Source: Asterias rubens
Taxonomy: Eukaryota
Assembly: GCF_902459465.1 (NCBI RefSeq)
Contig: NC_047068.1
Coordinates: 1,674,001-1,738,000 of the forward strand
DNA: 64,000 nucleotides
Reading direction: 5' to 3'
The position numbers were made by a program, and so were the translations under genes. Under the pieces are notes generated by a model. The model saw only the letters and a program-made list of their open reading frames with translations, was not told the origin of the DNA and searched no databases. Positions within the stretch are counted from its first letter, which is position 1; each line of letters opens with the position of its first letter. Shown here piece after piece: positions 39,061-49,914 of the stretch.

Positions 39061-39451
39061 ATAAAGGCACTGGACACCTTTGGTAATTGTCAAAGACAAG
39101 TATTCTCACTTGGTGTTTCCCAACATATGCCTAAAATAAAAAACCTGTGAAAATTTGAACTCAATTTGTCATCGAAGTTGCTAGAGATTAATGAAGGAAA
39201 AAAAACCTTGTTGAAATGCTTTGTGCGCTTTCAGATGCATAATAAAGGGCTTTAGCTGAAGTCTTTTATTATTTGAGTGAGAAATTACCTCTTTCTCAAA
39301 AACTACGTTACCTCACAAGGAGCCGCGGCTGGGCTAGCCGTTTCTCACAATGTTTCATACTATCAACATCTCTACATTGCTCGTTACCATGTATGTTTTT
39401 ATGCTAAGTATACAATTTTGAGTAATTACCAAACGTGTACAGTGCCTTTAA
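39061..39451 (-). mobile_element. Kolobok-like MITE family A
   Basis: AAAGGCACTGGACAC ... CAGTGCCTTTAA; a further right-end fragment at about 39780-39896. Confidence 0.85.
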
Positions 39452-40616
39452 ATTGGACTATAGATACTGCATTAAGGATATACACGAACCAACTCTATAA
39501 TAACGTGTACGTGTCCAGCAATATTCGCAATATTAAACATAAAGTATATTACTCGTAATAACGGTTGCTTCCAGATATCAGGATAGGGACACTGTGTTCA
39601 CTGGACCGTTATAAGTTATACGCACACATGTAATGATACTTGTCTGTCATATTTCGTTGAATACAATGCAGAATTTGAATAATATATTAATATTATGCAG
39701 CGTGTATATCTAGCATGTTGAAACGTTATTACCACTTTGACTTAGTGCTGCATGGCTGATTTACAATGACGCTTCATCATTAGGGAGTGTTTTCAAGAAA
39801 CAACGGAAAGAGTGGAAATGAGAAACACTTGTTGAAGATTACATCAACTGTGAAGGCTAGTCTTTTACAATTACCAATAGTGTCCACTGCCTTTAAACAG
39901 TTGTATTTATGTTATGTATTTATGTATTTTTTATTATGTTTGACAATCATCCTAGAGGCATGACATAAACCACAGAAATAAAAACCAATGAAATATTTCA
40001 TTTTAGCTTTTATGAAAAACCAGGTTCGCAAAAGGGTGTGACATACATAACCATATTTTGCCAAAGACTTAACTCTATACATCAACTTTCCAAACGAACT
40101 CAATTTGTGAAATTGCGCTTAAATTTGTTGTAATCAAACCCCGGAAGACAGAATTTCATTCGGGAACTAAAAATGTATTAATATATCTACAATAATATTA
40201 CAGCACTCAGGGTAGGCTAAACTCCCATCAGTTTTTATATTTTATGGTGACTACCGATATACAAAGTTTGCCTGTGGCAAGAAACTCAAATGTTGTTATA
40301 CTTGAGCAGTGTGCTAAAAGTCCCCGTCAGAATTAAGACATTTTACAGGGCTGGAATTTAACACTTGACCACAAGCCCGAGGCCAGTGATTTTAGTCCCG
40401 GGTCAGTTAGCCAATGGCAGGACAAGTCCAGTAGTCTTATGTTTATTTTTGATATTTTTTTTTTCAACCGAATAATAACACCCTACTGTGTAAATATCTT
40501 TAATAAGACAAAAGTGATAATGAACATTTGGCGTTGAGTCTATAGTAAAAATCAAGTCTGTTGAACATCGAAGTATAAGAAAATACTTATACGGCGAATG
40601 AAATCAATCGTTTATA

Positions 40617-40715
40617 GATGGTAGTTTTACATCGGGGCTGAAGAATATACTTTTGTTTTACCCTTACATCGATGTGTAAGCACTTATCCAGTACTTTCCA
40701 GAGTTCTGTGAAAAC
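40617..40715 (-). mobile_element. 3' fragment of the tRNA-cored repeat
   Basis: AGATGG...TTTACATCGGGG...TTTACCCTTACATCGATGTGT...CAGTACTTTCCAGAGTTCTGTGAAAA. Confidence 0.7.
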
Positions 40716-41592
40716 ATGTTAAGCTAAATATTATCTATTATGGCGCTTGTTCAAAATCAAAACAGTTTACAATGTTCAACTCTGTAAACGGTTCTTTCTC
40801 GTTACGATTTTTGTCTTCGGGTCCGGTAAAAAAAAAATGGAGCTATAAAGCTCTGCGGTCTTATGGAACTGTACACTACATTTGAGCCGTGAGTTTTACC
40901 AGTCTATATAGTTGCAGTGTTACAGCGCGAGTAGAAGTAATAATTGTCGTACTTGGTAGCAGGCACAAAGATAATTATACCACGGCCAATCTCCTGTGCA
41001 TGCTTATTGGTGATTGTCTAAAAGCATTCCTTTTAATAAAACCAGGAATTCGCCTATTTACAAGACCGTCGCTAGGTAACCACAACAATGCATTAGAACA
41101 TAAACAAAATGTCAAGTGGTAAGCCGTGCAATACACGCAGTGCTAATTAATACTGCTGTATTTAAATTACACCAGTATTACGTCTGCAGTGGTCAATAAC
41201 ATACATAATGCGTTGTAGAGTAATGGCCTGTCAGAAATAGTAGACCTCAGTCCAATAATTTACAAGTTGTCAAATTGTACATAGTATTATCTTATAGCGA
41301 TTGTTTAAACGGTATTTTTTCCAGTAAAATAAACTGATTAGGCCAATTCTTATAGCCTATGGCTATGGCTATTACATTGGCCTAAGACATTATCAACCAC
41401 ATTATTCACAATACATGATAAGCTATACTGTTTAAAACCAGCTCTCATTTTACACATACTGCTTGATATGGTAGCGAAGCATGATTTATACGTGAGGAAA
41501 CGATTGTCCGTCAATCTATGTTCAACAGTTCAACGAAACATTCTCCCTAAATTGACAAAAGTTAACATTATTTCCAAAATGAACGAACACTA

Positions 41593-41720
41593 TTCCAGCT
41601 GATGAGTACTGTTCGAAACATCGAGACCACACCGGCTCATTTCCAGTGCCAACATTCCCACTAAAGATATTTACACATGGTTGGTCCCGCAAGTTTACTA
41701 TTTGTTTATAGTTTCTCCCT
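41593..41720 (+). mobile_element. Penelope-like terminal repeat fragment with minimal type I hammerhead-like motif
   Basis: CTGATGA-G(tactgtt)C-GAAAC-ATC-GAG at 41599-41625; the downstream ~90 nt is homologous to 1034-1105. Confidence 0.6.
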
Positions 41721-42360
41721 ATTTATACAGTGTTTTGTTTTCTTCCTATGAACACTATTTCGTTAATTGTTTAATTTGATAAAGAGTTGCCGTACAGAAC
41801 AGTTTCGTCAATATAACCAATGCTTTTTACCGTATCTTTGTTAACAACCATGTTTTCATACAATATATAGTGTTATATTCCTCAAAACATTTTAAAGAGA
41901 ATGCTCAATTTCTGATTCTGGAGAATGCTCAATTTCTGATGCTGTCAGGGGAAAGAGAGTTGTGTAAAAAGTTGGGTTTTATTAGAAACGAAATCGTATA
42001 ATTCTCAAAACATGTGCCACCTGTGAACATTCCAATGTGGTGTATGTTTATATTATTACTCCAAAATGTGTTTTATGGTGAAAAGTTCAATTTTTTATTA
42101 TTGGAGAAGAAAAACCACTAGGCCATTCTTCTTCTTATCATTGCAAATCATGTACATTGCCTTTAAACTTGCCCGCTAAATAAAAACTTCGCAGATTGCA
42201 AGCGAAATTGAGCATACTATAAAGTTTTCCAATAAAAAAAAAGAAAATGCCTACCAGTGACTCAAATAAAGAGCAAATTATGTAAGATACTGCGCCGTAT
42301 TAACAGGGATTGGTGCCCCCTTCACATCAATCGTGTGAATAATCAAAGTAAAGTTAATTT

Positions 42361-42665
42361 TGTCATTGGACAATGGAAATTTACATACATGTAGGGTTGT
42401 ACAGCGAATATCATCGTTACTTTTTTCGATATTGGACTGTGGACATTCACATGGGTTTGTACAGTGTCCAATGTCCAATATCGATGTACGAGGTAGGCAT
42501 CCACTGACAAATATATGTGAATATCCAATGTCCAATATTGATGTACAAGGTAGACATTCACTGTAGAAACATATGTGAGTGGCCAATGTCCAATATTGAT
42601 GTACGAGGTAGACATTCACTGTACAAACCTATGTGAATGTCCAATGTCCAATATCCAATGTCACA
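42361..42665. repeat. 57-58-bp tandem array with inverted partial unit
   Basis: CCAATGTCCAATAT.GATGTAC units start at 42468, 42525, 42583 and 42641; 42428-42466 is an inverted unit fragment. Confidence 0.9.
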
Positions 42666-42819
42666 CTGGCTTTACTTTGAAGACACAGTCTGACACCCAA
42701 AGTCCCACCAAGCACTACGTCGATGTGCCGGACAGGGTTGGTGTAGAATTAGACTTGTCTTTTAACAGGACACAGTTTGGATCAAAATACTTCGTTCAAA
42801 TTCAAACAAACTGATTGAG

Positions 42820-43130
42820 TTCAAAGCACTGGACACTTTTGATAATTGTTAAAGACCAGCATTCTCACTTGGTGTATCCAAACATATACCTCAAGTAACA
42901 CACCTTTGACAATTTGGGCTCAAAGTTGCAAGAAAATAATGAAAGAAAAAACACACCTTTGTTGCAAAAGTTTGTGTGCTTTCAGATGCCCAATAAAAGG
43001 CTTCAGACCTGATGAGAAATTCCCTATATCTGTAAACTACTTTACTTCAGAGGGAGCCCTTTCTCACAATGTGTTATACATATCAACAGCTCTCAATTGC
43101 TTGTTACCAAATGTGTCCAGTGTATTTTAA
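42820..43130 (-). mobile_element. Kolobok-like MITE family A about 210 nt downstream of the GPCR stop codon
   Basis: GCACTGGACAC ... GTGTCCAGTG...TTAA, family body. Confidence 0.8.
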
Positions 43131-43340
43131 AAGGGTACCTTTTTAATAAAAACACTTTGTTAAATTATAAAAACAAACTGATTGAGTTAGTAACTATATT
43201 GTCAAAAGAAGTTGAATTTTTTTTTCGCAACTTTGTGTACGAAAGTTTTCTTTACGAAAGCTTTCTTTTCTAGGTGTACGATTTTATAAGGCTTTTTAAT
43301 ACTAATTTTGTAGAATGACTTGGCTTTACAGCACAGCCGT

Positions 43341-44597
43341 TTATGCCTTCGCTACGGCTTGTTTATCCAAATTAACTTGACTCATCTCACCATTCCTTGG
43401 GTAGGACGATTCCGAAACGACAGAAGTTACTGCAGTAGCTGTGAGCGGGTACTGGTTGTTATACCCGGAAACATTAGTGTCGTCTCCCTCATCATCGTGT
43501 AAACGAAACCGCTTCCCCTTTTTGTTAAACTTGCCCTTGCCTCCGCTCTTACCGAACTTCCACCTGCTCGCATAGGAGGTCTGGCTCACCTCAGCCTGGT
43601 TTCTTGAGTGGCACAACCACGCCTTCCGGAAGCTCTTTCTGAAGTTGTCGCTAAAGAACGCGTAGAGGAAAGGATTGGCGCAGCTGTTGATGTATGTCAA
43701 CGACATGGTTATGTCCGAGAGGATCCAAGTCTTGTTCCATCTCCTGAAGGTATCCACAAAGACGAAGAGAATCTTTACAATGTAGAAAGGAGCCCAGCAG
43801 ATGACGAAGGTGATCACGACAATCAGGACCAGGCGATTTACCTTTCGTGATTTCTCCGGTTTGCCTGTCTTTTTGTTCATATCTCGTAGCCGCATGGTGA
43901 TGCTTGCGTAGCAGACTATGATGACAGTCAACGGAATGACAAAGTTGAATATAAACACACACATGGCCATTATCTGGCTCGACGTTTTGACCCGATCGGG
44001 TTCGAAGTAAAGATAACACACATCGTAGTTACCGCTGCCTGGTTCTAACTTGGCGAAATAGACGAACGGAATTGCAGCCAGAATGGACAGCAACCATGTG
44101 GAAGCATTGATAGCTGTAGCGATTGGTAGATTCCTGAAGCTTCGAGACTTCATGGCATGGCAAACAGCTACATAGCGATCCACACTCATAGCTGTCAAAC
44201 ACCATACACTGATGACCATGTTGAACATGTCGATACCAAAGTAAACTTTACACAAGAAAGCACCGAAAATCCAGTAGGTTTCCATAAAGTTGGATACGGC
44301 CATTAATGTCAAGAAGGTCACAAAGACTGCATCAGCTACGGCCAGGTTAAGAATGTAACAGTTTGTGACCGTTTTCATCTTAGCGAACCTTAACACTACG
44401 TAGATTACAGTGCCATTGCCAAGGATACCAACTATGGTGATAATCATATAAAGAGAACCGATGATTGTACCAGCTAGCTGGATATCAGAAAAGTTACCCT
44501 CCTCCTCCTCCTCCTCCTCCGTTAGGTTTAGAGTCGAGAAGTCTGTGACGTTCATCGGATACAAAGATGTATAGGTTTCTGTTACAGTTGGCTCCAT
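43341..44597 (-). CDS. SSTR: Intronless somatostatin/allatostatin-C-type class A GPCR (418 aa from MEPTV...)
   Basis: Only long ORF in the window. Seven hydrophobic segments with GN (TM1), LAVAD (TM2), DRY (TM3), W (TM4), FVIP (TM5), CWAPFY (TM6), NSCANPFLY (TM7) and helix 8 SDNFRKSF. ICL1/TM2 RFAKMKTVTNCYILNLAVAD is typical of SSTR/opioid/AstC receptors. Asp3.32 is conserved and there are N-terminal N-glycosylation sequons (NVT, NLT, NFS). ATG at 44597 has a strong AAAATGG context; the track start at 44657 is a GTG. The symbol is family-level only. Confidence 0.93.
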   Translation of the reverse strand: MEPTVTETYTSLYPMNVTDFSTLNLTEEEEEEEGNFSDIQLAGTIIGSLYMIITIVGILGNGTVIYVVLRFAKMKTVTNCYILNLAVADAVFVTFLTLMAVSNFMETYWIFGAFLCKVYFGIDMFNMVISVWCLTAMSVDRYVAVCHAMKSRSFRNLPIATAINASTWLLSILAAIPFVYFAKLEPGSGNYDVCYLYFEPDRVKTSSQIMAMCVFIFNFVIPLTVIIVCYASITMRLRDMNKKTGKPEKSRKVNRLVLIVVITFVICWAPFYIVKILFVFVDTFRRWNKTWILSDITMSLTYINSCANPFLYAFFSDNFRKSFRKAWLCHSRNQAEVSQTSYASRWKFGKSGGKGKFNKKGKRFRLHDDEGDDTNVSGYNNQYPLTATAVTSVVSESSYPRNGEMSQVNLDKQAVAKA

Positions 44598-44859
44598 TTT
44601 AGCTCCAATGGTCAACTGGACGAGTGAATGCAAAGTTAGTTTGTAAATTAGTCTCACCAGTAAAACACTGAGTTAGGAACTCATCCTCGTACAAAATACT
44701 CCAAGATGTTCCTATGGATGTTTCAATGTATACTCATTCTGCGTTTTCTCGCAATCGACGATGCAACTCACAGTTGAAGTTTTAAGTCAGTTCACCCAAC
44801 TCGGTTTCACTTTAGAAGGTGCATGTGGACATATGCAGGAAAATTGAGCCTGCGAGTGC

Positions 44860-45066
44860 TATATATATACCAGAATCGAGCCATTGGTACAACGTTGGGC
44901 ATCGTTAAATACAATTCTGAAGATGCAGACGGTGTGGCTAGCTAGAGTAGCGCCACCACACTGTACCGCGCATGCGTATCAGCCTAGCACTCACAAAGTG
45001 CTTGTGATGCAGTCATGGTAGTGTATGTCACATGCCATCAAGCCAGTATTGCACTTCGCCCATTGG
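44860..45066 (-). promoter_or_regulatory. Putative proximal promoter of the GPCR
   Basis: TATATATA at 44860-44869, about 270 nt upstream of the ATG; GCGCATGCG (NRF1-like) at 44968-44976; CCAAT on the minus strand at 45062-45066; locally CpG-richer. Motif-level evidence only. Confidence 0.45.
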
Positions 45067-46554
45067 CTGTTTGCTCTCACGCTTGCGTAGTAACAAGTCG
45101 TATCGGTGCTCACCACGGCTAAATAACGGAGGAATTTACCGCTGTTAAAATACGACAAAATGTTATAGTAAAAGGTATTTTGTCGGCAATGGTTCTCCAC
45201 TTATTTACAGTTATTTACACGCATTGATTTTATCCCATGTGGCTGCAAATATATCCCCAAATGTATGTTCTGTTTATTGAAATAGACCTTTGATATTTAT
45301 TTATAGATTGTAAATTTAAGGAGAGTTTCGTAAACAGGCTGGTAATACGATCAAATGGAGAAACAAGTAGGTTACTGGTACACATTATCCGTACCAAAAC
45401 AAACAATTTATTAACAAACAATTAACAAAATTCAAAAGATACAACATGCATGGTTTTTGTTTAACATCTTAGGGTGACAAAGCATTGGGTTGATATTAAA
45501 ATATTTTGAGTCTTTTTTCGAAAACTGATTGTGCTCTATTTTATACGGCGAAGTACATGAACAGAGTAGGCCTATAGACTAATAGACCCTATAAAATGGG
45601 GTTTATCTTAAGATATTTTTCACCATGGAGTAAAAAGAATTAACCAAACGAGGCGAGGTGGTATGGCTGTGTGTATATACGGGGGTGCTGCAGGGGACAA
45701 TTACATTTTTGAGGCATCCCCTCAAAACAAATCCCGGTCGAGAAGGAAATTAGAGACTAGCGTATAAAGAGGAGGGTCAACAACTGGGATCTTCAAAAGC
45801 TCAAACTAATCTATCGACCTCAATTTAGCTTGGTATCTCCAAGCTAGTTGGGATTGGCAGAACGCATCGTTATAATCATTTCCCATTGAAAGATTTTTAC
45901 AACCGGCATGGGGCATCGATCTTCTGCCTGCCCTAGGGGCCACTTTGATCGCACAGCTGCCCTTATTGAACCAACGCCAATCCCTGTAATTCCTACCTGT
46001 TTGTTTTGACTAAAGACCTTCCCGCTTGCAATTTTTTATATTGAAAAGCACAGGAAACATTTGTGGGGGAGGGGGACTGCCCGTTTGGGTTCGCCCCGTC
46101 GACAGACTCAAACTCGCGGCCTACGCGCATAGAAAAAAACAACGATGACATTTCTAATTTATTGGGTGTTATTTTTCAGACTGCTTCTGCGTCTATACAA
46201 TTAGCGTGAACTCGTGACTAGAATCCATTTTTATGGGATCGATGGGAAAGGGAAAATGGTTTGACAGTTTTGAAGGTTTATGGGTCAGTTTTTGGCGCCA
46301 AATGATTGTATAATTGAGTCAATATGGCATTTTGTATTCAGAAGGCGCAGTTATAACGATCCATTGAGGAAACTTACGTATACTGTTTGTGCAGGAAACT
46401 CTGGGCAATATGAAAGAACAGGAGCTACATGGAAAATCGTTCAAATTAAAAAACAAGTGGAAAGGCAAAGCTGTTTTGCGTTTCAATATTTATATCAACG
46501 TTTAGTTTTCCCATTAAGTTTGCGCAAAATGTATTTAGCTTCATGGACACTCGT

Positions 46555-46945
46555 TTAAAGGAGCACGTTGCCATGGATCGGTCGAGTTGGTCTTTGAAAA
46601 TCGTTCTGTAACCGTTTGTTGTAAAATGTATATGGTTAGAAAGATATTGTAAAAGTACAATACAATGATCTACACAAATATGCCTCGAAATTGCGTGGTT
46701 TTCTTTTTACCCTGTCGACTAACACGTTCGGTCATTTATGGGAGTCAAAACTTTGACTCCCATAATGGCCGACCGTGATAGTTCGCGACGTAAAAGGAAA
46801 ACCGTGCACTTTCGAGTGATACTTGTGTGGATCATTATATTCTACTTTAAAAACATCTTTCAACCATTTATGCATTTCATAAAAAAAGACCTCAAACGCT
46901 TTTAATAGACCAACTCGTCCGATCCAAGGCAACGTGTTCCTTTAA
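46555..46945. mobile_element. Kolobok-like MITE family B
   Basis: Same TIRs as 2984-3303; the right TTAA is shared with the adjacent family A copy. Confidence 0.85.
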
Positions 46946-47447
46946 AGGCAGTGGACACTATTGGTAACTACTCAAAATAACAAGTAATTGGTAACGAGTA
47001 ATGGGGAGAGGTTGATAGTAAACGGCTCCCTCTGAAGTGACGTAGTTTTCGAGAAAGAAGTAATTTTCCACGAATTTGATTTCGAAACCTCAGATTTAGA
47101 ATTTGAGGCCTCGAAATCAAGCATCTGAAAGCACACAACTTCGTGTGACAAGGGTTGATAGTATAAAACATTGTGAGAAACAGCTCCCTCTGAAGTGACG
47201 TTGTTTTTGAAAAAGAAGTAATTTTCCACAAATTTGATTTCGAGTCCTCAGATCTATTGAGGTCTCGAAATCATGTGAAAACACACAACTTCGTGCGACA
47301 ATGGTGTTTTTTCCCATTATTATCTCGCAACCTCGACGACCAATTGAGCTCAAATTTTCACAGGTTTGTTATTTTATGCATATGTTCAGATACACCAAGT
47401 GAGAAGACTGGTCTTTGACAATTACCAATAGTGTCCAGTGTCTTTAA
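46942..47447 (+). mobile_element. Kolobok-like MITE family A with internal ~150-bp duplication
   Basis: TTAA at both ends; the segment GCTCCCTCTGAAGTGACG...ACAACTTCGTG occurs twice. Confidence 0.85.
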
Positions 47448-49404
47448 GTTCATGCACCTTTCCTTATTAGTTCAAATTTTGTTTTCTTAAGCTTCAACGC
47501 ATTCTATTTCGTTTTCGTGCACGCATGATTTCTAGAACAGTATACACATTAACATTATCATGGTGTTAACACAAACCTATACCGAAAGCTCGCCATACAA
47601 TGCCTTTATTATAACTATATGATGTAAGTATGTTATCAAAACCTTTATTTGAAGAAGAAAACAAAACACGAAATTTAAAATGGGTAATCGACCGTTTAGA
47701 GACAACTTGCATCGAACTTATTGGCTGGATTATTGTTGCGGTTGTATATAATGTCATGTTCTGAGAACATCTTATCTGCATGTTTCATTTTTGCAAACAT
47801 CTGCAATCCGTACGGGATTGAAATTTATTGTCAGTGGAAGACGCCCTCTGTTGAAAAATATTTATATGCGGCAGGTTTTCCGTACAATTGCTCTCAATTG
47901 ATTTTGAATCGACCTTTTGAAGTTAAATTTGTATTACTTCTTGCAGGAAAAGAGGCTAAAACTGGTCTTAAAATAGCTCCCTTCAATTTAAGTTTTTTTT
48001 AGTGTGAGCTCTGGTATTTTGTATGCTCATAAACGTGAGCGAATCGTTCGTTTACACAACGGCATTTCAAAGGCGGTTACTTTAAAAGTAAAAATGCCAC
48101 TCGGTATTAAGAACCAAAATTCTTTAAATCAATTATTTGAAGCAAAAACGTGAATGCGTTGATAAAGGTTAACTTAATAGGTACGGAGGTTATTTTTTAC
48201 GTGATGAAGTAAAATACTTTGTAAAAATACAAATTTCACACACAAAAAAATACAATGATCTCTTGAATATAGGGGAATGTCTGCAATAACAAAATGTATT
48301 TTTATCTAGAAACCGTTATACTACTTCCTGAAAGTCTGGCAAAAATGTTTCCCAAAACAGAAACAATATTCGCATCACATTGAAACAAACATATTTTTGA
48401 CTTAATGGTGGAGACAAAAAAACCTGGCACGATTTAAAACTAGAGAGGTTCAGTTGTTTCTCGGCGAGGAATAAAAGCCCTGCAGCTAAAAGTTCCATCA
48501 GTAGTCACGTTTGGTATTCCATCTGGGCTCAGCCTTTTCGTGGTTTATTTGGCTGAGACCTCGCTCGCCATCTATCTTTGCATTTTGAGAAGACTTAATG
48601 TGTTTTTTGATACTGGAATCAGGTTAGGTGGGGATTGCATCCGGGACCGGTTTAGCCCGTGGTTGTCTTACAGACAACACAACCACGCCCAGGGGTACGT
48701 CCTTAACACTTCCCCCGTCTAAAACTCTCATCTCACCCACCTCCATTTCCCCCGTGTCGCCTGAGCTTCTAAAAAAGGGTTGAGAACTCGGTTCAGCATC
48801 TATAGTAATCCCCCATGAGGACATGCCACATTTTCAACTGCATCAGTGGGGGCTTAGCCTGCGTTGTTTACCCCTCACAAATGTGAATCCTTATTTGGGA
48901 ACTTAATCCAGTGGAACACAGAAACAGAGAGACCAAGGCGCGGGATGGTGTGCTCTTGCATACTGAATACGTAGCAAAACCGGCATTGCATAAAATTTGA
49001 CATTAATGTTAAACTTTGAATGTGCTGACTCGATGGCCGTATAAGAAAGCAGCAGTACACAGCAACAATTGTGGGTACACTTTTTGTTACAAAGACACAA
49101 AATAAACAACATATAAATATTGAGTGTATATACTCTTTAGATCTTGTATTCTACAAATTCGAACACCTTATTGAGATAAGTGCTACATCAGTAATTTCAA
49201 ACGGTTATTCATAATTAAAATTAGCACGAAAAACCAACAGCCACAAAAAAAAGGTTCACGTTATGTTACAAAGACAACAAAATAAAAACCCCAGATAAAT
49301 ACTGAGTAACTCTTTGAAATCTTGTAAAGGCCTATTCGACAAACTCAAGCATTTTTAATCATCGTTGACACAGCGGTTGTTAATTGACATATAACTAACA
49401 TTGA

Positions 49405-49500
49405 TATATTATTTGGTTTTTATCCTTACATCGATCAGTGTATCACTGTATACTCAGTACCAAATAATTTTCTTTATCACCGATGCAAATTTAACATCTA
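49405..49500. mobile_element. tRNA-cored repeat 3' part with internal inversion
   Basis: Minus-oriented body fragment (49405-49460) fused to a plus-oriented 3' end (49462-49500). Confidence 0.7.
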
Positions 49501-49914
49501 TTAAAACATTGATTATCTGCTACATCAGTGGTTTTCAAACTATTAAAATGGACACAAACAAAATGTACACATGATTGTGGCTGTGCATACCAGTAAACGC
49601 GTGAGCCTCGACAAACAAGCAATTTCACGCATCGGAATAAATCGATTCATTACGCAAATAATCCACAATGAATAAATTGCCCAGCATTGTATAAAATATC
49701 ACATAACCCTATAGCATATCTTAGACGCTCAGATTGAAAAGTTCATTGGATTTAGCTGGAAACAGTTTACATCGAGGTCAGTCAAGTACCCAATCTAATT
49801 GCATGGCCTTCCGTGGAATACAAGTACGTTCATGGTTCGCATAAAGATACAAATAAGAAGTCTGATTTTGAAGGAGCTATTTTCCATAAAACTCATTAGG
49901 AGGTTAAAGGATAA

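Noticed and set aside
44598-44657. 20-aa N-terminal extension of the GPCR in the ORF track
   Set aside because: Starts at GTG; the ATG at 44597 has a strong Kozak context and gives a normal receptor N-terminus.
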